Virus record (IMG/VR): IMGVR_UViG_3300043446_003411
Coordinates: 1 to 57,176 of that record
Reading direction: 5' to 3' (one strand)
Source: a virus
Lineage: Duplodnaviria > Caudoviricetes
Length of the DNA stretch: 57,176 nucleotides
Of the stretch, positions 1 through 7,424 are shown one piece after another. The notes under the pieces are model-generated. The model worked only from the letters and a program-made list of their open reading frames with translations. It had not been told where the DNA came from and did not search any database. A program made the position numbers and the translations under genes. Numbering within the stretch: position 1 is the stretch's first letter; each line of letters starts with the position of its first letter.

Positions 1-110
1 CCAAGGCGCTCTGAGTAAACGACATGCTCAATGCGGGCTTTGCATTCAAGCGCTCGGTGCTCATACTCTTTGGCTACCTCAAGCGCCCTGCGGATTTCTT
101 CGTAAGTCAT
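1..110 (-). CDS. hypothetical protein, runs off window edge (MTYEEIRRALEVAKEYE...)
   Basis: Open frame read by eye; ATG lies 7 nt after TGCTAGAAT. Confidence 0.6.
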   Translation of the reverse strand, partial: MTYEEIRRALEVAKEYEHRALECKARIEHVVYSERL

Positions 111-117
111 GCCAGAG

Positions 118-126
118 ATTCTAGCA
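118..126 (-). promoter_or_regulatory. extended -10 promoter TGcTAGAAT, leaderless
   Basis: TGn-TAnnnT 7 nt before ATG at 110. Confidence 0.6.
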
Positions 127-136
127 TGATTGAGCG

Positions 137-298
137 CTATTTTCTTGCCGCTTTGAGGATTTCCTCAACCTCATCAGCGAAAGAATGCCAGTGATGGCCC
201 TCTCTACGATCCTGCTCGATCATATACCATGAGTTCCATTCTTCGTTGTACTTATCGAAGATCTTGCGGATGTGCAGGATGGCCTCTTCGGAAGTCAC
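137..298 (-). CDS. hypothetical protein
   Basis: ORF track 137..325; GTG at 298 follows the upstream stop. Confidence 0.55.
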   Translation of the reverse strand: MTSEEAILHIRKIFDKYNEEWNSWYMIEQDRREGHHWHSFADEVEEILKAARK

Positions 299-299
299 G

Positions 300-392
300 T
301 CAGAGGCCTTTATGGATCCAATCAAGTACGATCACTCCAATCAAAATGATGACAGCGCCGAGAATCTGTTCGGCAGAAACTTCATGAATCAT
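300..392 (-). CDS. small membrane peptide (MIHEVSAEQILGAVIILIGVIVLDWIHKGL)
   Basis: 30 aa with one hydrophobic helix; ATG 6 nt after TGCTAGGAT; below the ORF-track cutoff. Confidence 0.55.
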   Translation of the reverse strand: MIHEVSAEQILGAVIILIGVIVLDWIHKGL

Positions 393-398
393 TGGATG

Positions 399-407
399 AT
401 CCTAGCA
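399..407 (-). promoter_or_regulatory. extended -10 promoter TGcTAGGAT, leaderless
   Basis: 6 nt before ATG at 392. Confidence 0.6.
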
Positions 408-416
408 GATAGGAAA

Positions 417-767
417 CTACTCTTCAACATAGCCTACGGGTTGCAGGCATACGGTGTATTTCGAGTTATCGTGACGAAAGCGGAAGGACCATTTCATATC
501 CTCAACCGCGTTCTTGAGACTTTTCAAAGCCCACTGATCTTCCATCTTGGCTGCATCAGAGATCTCATCGGTGTCAATAGGGTCTTCTTCATTGATTTCA
601 CCCTTATTGAAGTCCTTCAGCCAGTTCTGTAGGGCCTTGTAAGCGTCTTTCCAGCAAGGGTAGGCTCCGACTATGTCTCGGCCATGCTCGCCCTCTATGA
701 CGACCTCCCAAGGCTTCTCCTTGGCGATGTGGAGCATCTCTTGTCTTGTTGCGAGTCTTTTAGCCAT
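417..767 (-). CDS. hypothetical protein with KRLxTxxExL N-terminus
   Basis: ORF packed against its neighbours; N-terminus resembles that of 962..4927. Confidence 0.7.
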   Translation of the reverse strand: MAKRLATRQEMLHIAKEKPWEVVIEGEHGRDIVGAYPCWKDAYKALQNWLKDFNKGEINEEDPIDTDEISDAAKMEDQWALKSLKNAVEDMKWSFRFRHDNSKYTVCLQPVGYVEE

Positions 768-960
768 TTAAGTATATTGCGGATAGCACTTCGCCACAGG
801 TCATTGCTTCGTCTAGACCTGTGGACCAGATGTTGAGAGTGATTGGTTTTGTTTCCCGCTTATCAACGAGATACATAGAGACAACGTATTCATTCCAGTC
901 AGATCCCTGTTCTTTCGGATCCTCCCAGTCCCATGAGATGTCGCTGTCCTCCCAGAACAC
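760..960 (-). CDS. hypothetical protein
   Basis: Acidic ORF, tightly packed. Confidence 0.6.
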   Translation of the reverse strand: MFWEDSDISWDWEDPKEQGSDWNEYVVSMYLVDKRETKPITLNIWSTGLDEAMTCGEVLSAIYLNG

Positions 961-961
961 A

Positions 962-3900
962 TTACTGATTCTTTCTTAGTTTGGCTAGTTTGGCTAGCCT
1001 TCTAAGCACATCGATCTTGCTCTGTGGGGTGATGCCGACATTCTTTAGAACATCCTGCATTTGCTGTTGTTGATTCTTTGTCTTCTGAGCGGGGGTCACA
1101 ACGTCAGTCTTAGGCGCTGCAGGTGTGCGGGCATCAGCAATAGCCTTCTTGAGATCAGTAAACAACTTCTCAAGATACTTACGCCCAACAGCGCTATCTC
1201 CGGCGCTAGGATCAAGTTCCTCATTCCATGTATCAACGAGTCGATTCCAGTCCTTGACTTCAATCGATGACTCGCCGGGAATCTTTTTAGGAGCGGGATT
1301 CTCGCTCTCCCACCTTATTCTGACACCCTTAACAAGGCTCTTGCCAATCTGTTCGCGCTTCGCTTGCCACTCGTCCATTTCGGCTGGATCTTCAGGAGCA
1401 GGGTTTTTGCTTTCCCATTCCTGCTGACCCTTCTCAATATGCTGCTGAACCTTGGGATCTGCGAGGAACTCCTTGCGCTTTTTAACCCATTCAGAGCGCT
1501 GCTTATTGTAGTCGGTTAGACCACCAACGCTTGAGAAAAGATCAGGATGTTCGTATACGAAGCGAATCAATTTCTCGAACTTCGGATTGTCTTGAGCGAA
1601 CTGGTCAAGGAACTGCAGTCTCTCATCGATATCAACCGACTCCGAGGGCACTTCCTCCGCAACGTCTTCGCCGGCCATTTCGGGCCTAGATTTTGCAGGT
1701 GCGTAACCTTCAAGGTAGTCGGTAAGTGCAGAACCCTCTTCTTGTGTCATATCTTGGAGAACACCCGCGAGATCAGAAAAGCCCTTATTGTACTTCTCTT
1801 GAGGTTCGGGGAACTCTCTTTGATATTTGCCAATTTCTTGGAAGTACTGTTGCCAAACCTCCGTAGGAATGTCCTTCTTGGTCTTCCCCTTGACTATACC
1901 GAGGCCCTCTTTAACATTGGTCTTGAAAGTATTGAAGTCATCAAACCACTTTTTGTACTCTGGAGTCCAAGCGTTTCTTCCCCAGAGTTCACGATTTAAG
2001 CGTTGACGAGTGTTGGTGATTTGACCACGAAGCCATCTACCAATGGCGTCACGCATCATTTCGCCCTTGTCATCGGCGGTTTGAGATAGCCTGTCCCATT
2101 GATTGAACAGCGAGTAAACTTCTCTTTCTCGATTCGCCTGACTCAGATTTAAGAAGACGTGATTGATCATTTGATCGACAACGCTTTGCGTTACGCGATC
2201 ACCACCTCTTGCAATAAGTCTTGGATCCAATCTGTAGGCCTCGTACAGAAGACCCTTTTGAATGTTCTCAGCAACTGGATCCTGATCGCTCATAGGTGTG
2301 TACATCAAATATGTGATGTAGTCTTCAATTTCTTGCAGGTGCATCTGTTCGGCAAGGGCACGACCAGACTGATTAAGGAAGGGCCGACCCGCCTCGTCGG
2401 TACTTACATACTCAGAGATGGGCTTGCCGGTCTCCTCAATGATTAGATCTGGATTGTCTGCCGCTATTGTCATTATCTGATTTTTAATCGTCTTGAATGA
2501 TGGAGGATTTGCATCCGGACCATAACGACGATAGTCATCAAGGCTTCCCGGCAACTGAGGCTCGCCAGCGGGGAACTGCTTCTTCTTGCCCTTTATTTTA
2601 GGCTTAGGCTCGACTGCTGCTTCACCAAGAGAAGTGAGGATATCCACATCCTCTTCATCGCTCTGCATGACCGCCTTCAAAGCATCATTGACTTGCTGTC
2701 TGTATGTGCCCGGCTGAGAGACAGCGTCGACTGGATCTACGTCCTCTTTGGCAACATCCTCAGCAGCCCGCTCCTCCTCAGAGGGCGCTTCTTCGGCAGG
2801 CTCTGCGTCTTCCTTGAATGCCTTTTCGGCACTCATCTCTTCAGGGTGGTCACCAATTCCGGGGAGGAATTCTTGGGGACTGCTCTTGGCCGAAGAGGAC
2901 ATCTGCTTAACCAGTTCCATCATTGCACCAACGGCGTAGTCTGTGGTCATCGCCTGCTGGGCATACGACTCGTTCCACATCTTAGGATTCTCTGTAAAGA
3001 ACCTGACCACACTGATGGCGTCAGCAGCGATCTGAGAGTTAACTCTGTTTAGAGCGTTCTGATAATACGAACCCTTTGCTGAGTTCTTTTCCCACCAGAG
3101 CGTCTCTTCCTGTTCAGAGAAATGCGATAAGGTTTGCACAAACGGTGCGTTTATTTTTTCCCTGATGCTCGGTGTCTTCTTAATGAAACTTCTAAGGCTT
3201 GGGATGCTTATGTTCTGAATGTCGGGCTCTTGACTATCGTACCAAGCCTCTAAGGCCTTTCTTTGGTCATCAGCAATACGATTGAGTCTATAGAAGTAGT
3301 CATAATTCTTTGACGCCTCAGCGAGACGGTTTGAGAGTTCGTCAGAAGGGTTCTGCTGATACTCTAGAGCAAGTTTATCTCTTAGTTGTCTTTTTTCGAT
3401 GAGACTAAAAAGATCTTCTTGAGAGAGAGTTCGGAAGCGTTGCTTATCACCGGGATTCTCTTGCTGAGTCTTTAAACGAGCATCATTAATGTTTTGCAAA
3501 ACGTCTTCAGCAGAACGCAGAACACCAAATGCATTGTCAAAATCTTTCTGCATCTGCTCTCTGCTGGGCTTCAATTCATATCTACCGTCTGGGGTCATTT
3601 CCCATTTGGGTCTTTGCTGTAGGCGCAGTTCGCCTTGAATGCCCCTAATGCGCTCATTTTCGCGCTCTATCTCTTGTGCCGAGGGTCCTGTCTTTGGCTT
3701 AGGCTCAACAACACGAGGCTTGTTCATCTCTTCTTGGCGCGAATCCCAACCAGCAGGATCTGCCTGCATTGAGTCAACCATCTTTTGGAGATATTGAATC
3801 TGCTTGTCAACATCTAAAGACTGGATCTTTGACTCCAGAGACTTAATCTGGCCCATAAGTTCACGGATGCCGCTCAGGATCTCATATGTCTCTTTGTTTG

Positions 3901-4927
3901 GGGCGGGGTTTGGAAGTTCCAAACGCTTTCTATAAATCCCATTCGGATCCATCGACTCCAATTGCTGTTGCAACTGCTGCAATTGAGAATTGTATTGTTC
4001 TGGCAGCGACTTAAGTCTTTCGATCTCTTGCTGATACTGAGCAAGATCCTCCTGCACAGCGCTTAGTTTCGCGCCGGAACTTTGAAGTTGTTCAATCTTA
4101 GATTGTGCGCTCTTAGCATCATGGAGCACCAATTCTCTAATGCTCTTTGCGGCGTTTTTATTGACAACGGAGAGAGCCTTAAGTTCTGTTCTTAAGTCAT
4201 CAACTCGACTGAGTGGATCATGTCCCCAGTCTTGACGATCAAAATAATTCTTGAAGACCTGCTCGACTTGTATCGCTCTCTGCTCGCCGGTCTGCTGGAT
4301 GTCCTTTCGACGCTCCTTCTCAGCCTGTGCGATTTCTTTATCGGAAAGCCCGCCCTTTTCTGCTGGAGAAAGAAATGCATCCTGAGGTTCAATTTGTTCT
4401 GATTTCGGAATAAGACCAGATCTTGAGACATCAACATACGACGGATCAAGTTGATAGAGATATTGATACAAACCGGGAAGAACGGACCTTCTTATCTTGT
4501 CTCTCTCTGAAAGCAGTTGTCGGCGCTCTGCCATCATCTTTTGGACAGACTCTGAGCCCGAAAGTTCTGAGCCGCCGAGTTCTTTGTAAGCCCCTGCCAA
4601 AGCATCGAGACGAAGATTAATCTTCATCACTCTCGATCTGAATTCGTCAATCTTGGTAAGGATTTGCTCTTTGTTCTGAGGATCGAGAGGGGCGGGGATG
4701 TCTCCCTGATCAAACATCTTAACGGCCTGCTCAGGCTCTTGGAAAGAAGGAGATTGTCGATCTCTAAGAAAGCCCGGGTGCTTTGGGTATTGAGGCTTTA
4801 TGCCTTTTCTCTTTGCTTGATCCCGTTTCTCCTGTTGCGCTGGAGATAACGGAGTCGGCTTAATCGGTTCCGGCGGTGCGTCAAAAATAGAAAGAATTTC
4901 GCGGGATGTGGAGAGTCTTTTAGGCAT
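962..4927 (-). CDS. 1321-aa Q/E-rich coiled-coil protein, possibly an internal virion protein
   Basis: Long ORF with heptad-rich segments; no recognised catalytic motif. Confidence 0.8.
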   Translation of the reverse strand: MPKRLSTSREILSIFDAPPEPIKPTPLSPAQQEKRDQAKRKGIKPQYPKHPGFLRDRQSPSFQEPEQAVKMFDQGDIPAPLDPQNKEQILTKIDEFRSRVMKINLRLDALAGAYKELGGSELSGSESVQKMMAERRQLLSERDKIRRSVLPGLYQYLYQLDPSYVDVSRSGLIPKSEQIEPQDAFLSPAEKGGLSDKEIAQAEKERRKDIQQTGEQRAIQVEQVFKNYFDRQDWGHDPLSRVDDLRTELKALSVVNKNAAKSIRELVLHDAKSAQSKIEQLQSSGAKLSAVQEDLAQYQQEIERLKSLPEQYNSQLQQLQQQLESMDPNGIYRKRLELPNPAPNKETYEILSGIRELMGQIKSLESKIQSLDVDKQIQYLQKMVDSMQADPAGWDSRQEEMNKPRVVEPKPKTGPSAQEIERENERIRGIQGELRLQQRPKWEMTPDGRYELKPSREQMQKDFDNAFGVLRSAEDVLQNINDARLKTQQENPGDKQRFRTLSQEDLFSLIEKRQLRDKLALEYQQNPSDELSNRLAEASKNYDYFYRLNRIADDQRKALEAWYDSQEPDIQNISIPSLRSFIKKTPSIREKINAPFVQTLSHFSEQEETLWWEKNSAKGSYYQNALNRVNSQIAADAISVVRFFTENPKMWNESYAQQAMTTDYAVGAMMELVKQMSSSAKSSPQEFLPGIGDHPEEMSAEKAFKEDAEPAEEAPSEEERAAEDVAKEDVDPVDAVSQPGTYRQQVNDALKAVMQSDEEDVDILTSLGEAAVEPKPKIKGKKKQFPAGEPQLPGSLDDYRRYGPDANPPSFKTIKNQIMTIAADNPDLIIEETGKPISEYVSTDEAGRPFLNQSGRALAEQMHLQEIEDYITYLMYTPMSDQDPVAENIQKGLLYEAYRLDPRLIARGGDRVTQSVVDQMINHVFLNLSQANREREVYSLFNQWDRLSQTADDKGEMMRDAIGRWLRGQITNTRQRLNRELWGRNAWTPEYKKWFDDFNTFKTNVKEGLGIVKGKTKKDIPTEVWQQYFQEIGKYQREFPEPQEKYNKGFSDLAGVLQDMTQEEGSALTDYLEGYAPAKSRPEMAGEDVAEEVPSESVDIDERLQFLDQFAQDNPKFEKLIRFVYEHPDLFSSVGGLTDYNKQRSEWVKKRKEFLADPKVQQHIEKGQQEWESKNPAPEDPAEMDEWQAKREQIGKSLVKGVRIRWESENPAPKKIPGESSIEVKDWNRLVDTWNEELDPSAGDSAVGRKYLEKLFTDLKKAIADARTPAAPKTDVVTPAQKTKNQQQQMQDVLKNVGITPQSKIDVLRRLAKLAKLRKNQ

Positions 4928-4968
4928 GATATCTATTACTTATGTTAACGAAAAAGAGTTGTTTGAGG

Positions 4969-5565
4969 TTAGTTGTCCCCACGACCCTTTTCTGTCATAT
5001 CGTTCATATTGCCCTTCTGTGTTCCGGCAATGAGATGACGAGGGTTACAACACTTGGGATTGTCGCAATCGTGAAGGATATATCTCCCCTTTTTCAGAGG
5101 ACCTTTCATCAGTTCAAGAGCGATTCTATGAGCATCACAGATTCTGTCGCCGATGCGAAATTGTCCGTAACCGAGAGAGCCGCGAGTACTGTTCTTCCAT
5201 GGCCAGCACTGATTCGCGCTCTTCACATTGATCTTGCTCCAGAATCGGGCTAGATCCTTGTCGGAGAGTTTGACGCCGCATGCGGTCCTGTGTTTTGTGA
5301 CCGCCTTCGCAGCAGCAGGAATTCCTTCCTCCTCCTTGCTTCTCTTGTACCCTAGATCGGTATAAGGATCGTCTCTCTCAAATGCTTTTTCCGTCTGCTC
5401 TCTTTTTTCATAGAGGGGACGGTACTTGTCTGCTATCTCGGCATGCAGACGCTGGGCCTCTTCATTACTGATTTCGCCACTCAGAGAACGACGAAGAACA
5501 TCAATGCGTTCTTTAATCTCTCGATCTTTTAAAAGATCTTTTCCCCATTGATATTCTTCAAGCAT
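4969..5565 (-). CDS. HNH endonuclease (HNH_3-type) fused to an N-terminal helical domain
   Basis: FWSK..CWPW..GYG.F..AHR..ILHDCDNPKCCNPRHL..GT..N..DM..KGR. Confidence 0.85.
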   Translation of the reverse strand: MLEEYQWGKDLLKDREIKERIDVLRRSLSGEISNEEAQRLHAEIADKYRPLYEKREQTEKAFERDDPYTDLGYKRSKEEEGIPAAAKAVTKHRTACGVKLSDKDLARFWSKINVKSANQCWPWKNSTRGSLGYGQFRIGDRICDAHRIALELMKGPLKKGRYILHDCDNPKCCNPRHLIAGTQKGNMNDMTEKGRGDN

Positions 5566-5566
5566 A

Positions 5567-5806
5567 CTATTTGGCTAGATACGAGATGCCCCAAACCATA
5601 CCGGCAAGAATGCCGCCGCTTAGGACACTGCTCATGATGACTCTCTGCATGTGTCTTCCGCGCTGCTCTCCCTGCCAACGGGCTTCTTCCATTTCAAGGT
5701 CGGTAACTCGACCGTTGGTTCGTTTAACTTCCCTGTGAACCTCTTTAAGAGTTTCTTCAAGTTGATCGAGTCTATTTAAAATGACTGCAATATCCGATTC
5801 GCTCAT
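5567..5806 (-). CDS. coiled-coil protein with C-terminal TM helix
   Basis: MSESDIAVILNRLDQLEE... ending in a hydrophobic helix. Confidence 0.65.
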   Translation of the reverse strand: MSESDIAVILNRLDQLEETLKEVHREVKRTNGRVTDLEMEEARWQGEQRGRHMQRVIMSSVLSGGILAGMVWGISYLAK

Positions 5807-5819
5807 TTTGAACCCAATC

Positions 5820-5891
5820 CTACTTACCGCAACCGCAATTTTGACATTTGCAACCACGAAACGAAAACCACGCTTTAACTTTTTTCAGCAT
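5820..5891 (-). CDS. putative 23-aa Cys-rich peptide
   Basis: MLKKVKAWFSFRGCKCQNCGCGK; GGAG 7 nt upstream; fills the intergenic gap. Confidence 0.4.
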   Translation of the reverse strand: MLKKVKAWFSFRGCKCQNCGCGK

Positions 5892-6048
5892 TAACTATCT
5901 CCATGTACAGTTCACGAGTTGTTTTTACGCGGGAGGTCAGGACTTCGCCCTCTGTCGCAGAAACGATAATTGTCCTCGGCTTCTGTGTCTGCTCGGGTGC
6001 TGGAGTCTCTTGGGTTGGTTCTTCGACTTTTGCCTTTTTCTTAGCCAT
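5875..6048 (-). CDS. hypothetical protein (MAKKKAKVEEPTQETPAPE...)
   Basis: 57-aa ORF read by eye; overlaps the upstream gene end; GGAG SD. Confidence 0.6.
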   Translation of the reverse strand: MAKKKAKVEEPTQETPAPEQTQKPRTIIVSATEGEVLTSRVKTTRELYMEIVNAEKS

Positions 6049-6199
6049 TTTTTCTCCAAAAGATCAGCGCAGTAAAAACAACGCAGGTTATAACCATTAC
6101 AAGTGCGCTTCTGTTTATAATCAAGTCCTCTTTGTGCGGAATAGGGAATCCCGTCTCCTTGTTTCGAGACACGGACTTCTTGAATAGTGGATTAATCAT
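6041..6199 (-). CDS. small membrane protein
   Basis: C-terminal hydrophobic stretch. Confidence 0.55.
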   Translation of the reverse strand: MINPLFKKSVSRNKETGFPIPHKEDLIINRSALVMVITCVVFTALIFWRKNG

Positions 6200-6398
6200 T
6201 TTCAGGCTCCCTGTTGAAGTTGCGCACAATCGCATTGAACTTTATCCTGTCCTTATAGAAGTCGTCAAGACATCTTTGAGAACAGAAATTATATTCGTGA
6301 TTGTCGTCTTCCGACGGTTGTAACGAATAGAAGGATATGACGGAGGTGCTTGCCGCAGCAATAACCTTCTTGCATTTGAAGCATTTTAAAGATTTCAC
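6192..6398 (-). CDS. small zinc-binding protein (TRASH/YHS-like)
   Basis: CxxC...FCSxxC. Confidence 0.6.
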   Translation of the reverse strand: MKSLKCFKCKKVIAAASTSVISFYSLQPSEDDNHEYNFCSQRCLDDFYKDRIKFNAIVRNFNREPEND

Positions 6399-6833
6399 CT
6401 ACAGGTTAAATCGGTGCTTCCTCATCTTTTCATATAATTCATCTGTCACATAATCAGTTCCTATCTTCATGTGAAAATAAGTAGGTATCGTGTTCAGTGC
6501 ATGAAAGGAACCAAAAAGAATTGTTGAACAGAGTTGATTCGCAACATTGTACTTGTTCAACATATTGTCTTCTGCCAGAATCTCAAGAAGATATTCGTCA
6601 TTTGGATCAAAATCAAAGATTATATTCACCTCATGTGTTCCCGGACTTATCGCCTGCATGACTTCTTCTTCCTCGCTTTCTGGTTCAGGCCGTGGAACGA
6701 TGACGGCCATTCCCGGTCCTATCGGAAGATCATGCTGAACCGCTAAAAAGTCAACGATGTCAGCGATTTGCCCTGAAGTGAACCGGGGATCGACTACGCC
6801 GAATGTCGAATGGATTGAGAAGATCGCAAACAC
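6399..6833 (-). CDS. hypothetical protein
   Basis: Packed ORF. Confidence 0.65.
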   Translation of the reverse strand: MFAIFSIHSTFGVVDPRFTSGQIADIVDFLAVQHDLPIGPGMAVIVPRPEPESEEEEVMQAISPGTHEVNIIFDFDPNDEYLLEILAEDNMLNKYNVANQLCSTILFGSFHALNTIPTYFHMKIGTDYVTDELYEKMRKHRFNL

Positions 6834-7249
6834 TAAACCTCGCCGCAGAACAGCAGGAGGGATATGTAGTGAGCGAGGAGAAGGGGGAGATTCAGTTCCT
6901 CAGATTTCAAATTGATTGTCGGGGTGTTGACGACGAAAGAACCCTCTTCTGTCTCGCTTCCCAAGATCAAGTGTCCATTTGAACGAATGAAGTTTCTATG
7001 TCTTTTCAAACTAATCGGTGAACGATCCTCGACACAAAAAGAATAGAGACCACGATCAGAGAACTGCAGCAGATCCTCATCCTGCTTTAAATAAGCAAAA
7101 ATCGCAATCTGCTGATCTATTTCGAAACTGAAGAATGGTGTTTCAATTCTGAATACGGCAACGTCATCTCCGGGCTCATCAGTAAGATGCTCAACGCTCG
7201 ATCCGGCGATACTTGACTCAATGAGAGCCTTGGCCTCATCTACAGTCAT
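6833..7249 (-). CDS. hypothetical protein (possibly DUF1828-like)
   Basis: IETPF...QFSDRG pattern; family call is weak. Confidence 0.6.
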   Translation of the reverse strand: MTVDEAKALIESSIAGSSVEHLTDEPGDDVAVFRIETPFFSFEIDQQIAIFAYLKQDEDLLQFSDRGLYSFCVEDRSPISLKRHRNFIRSNGHLILGSETEEGSFVVNTPTINLKSEELNLPLLLAHYISLLLFCGEV

Positions 7250-7389
7250 TCTTTGCCCCAGAATCTATCTTTGTAGTCCTCTAAGGCGTCTTCGAGTTCA
7301 TCATTATCGCTCACCCAACTATCGTAAGACTTTGGGTCGCGAATGAGTTGTTCGACCACGTTTTCGTAGTCATCGCGAGTATCTTTCAT
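7246..7389 (-). CDS. small acidic protein (MKDTRDDYENVVEQLIRDPKSY...)
   Basis: 47 aa; ATGA overlap with the next gene; leaderless start. Confidence 0.6.
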   Translation of the reverse strand: MKDTRDDYENVVEQLIRDPKSYDSWVSDNDELEDALEDYKDRFWGKE

Positions 7390-7395
7390 GTCCTT

Positions 7396-7424
7396 AGAAT
7401 AAACAAAGGACGGCGAGTTGTCAA
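7396..7424 (-). promoter_or_regulatory. sigma70-type promoter TTGACA-17-TATTCT, leaderless
   Basis: Consensus -35, 17-nt spacer, ATG 6 nt after the -10. Confidence 0.75.
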
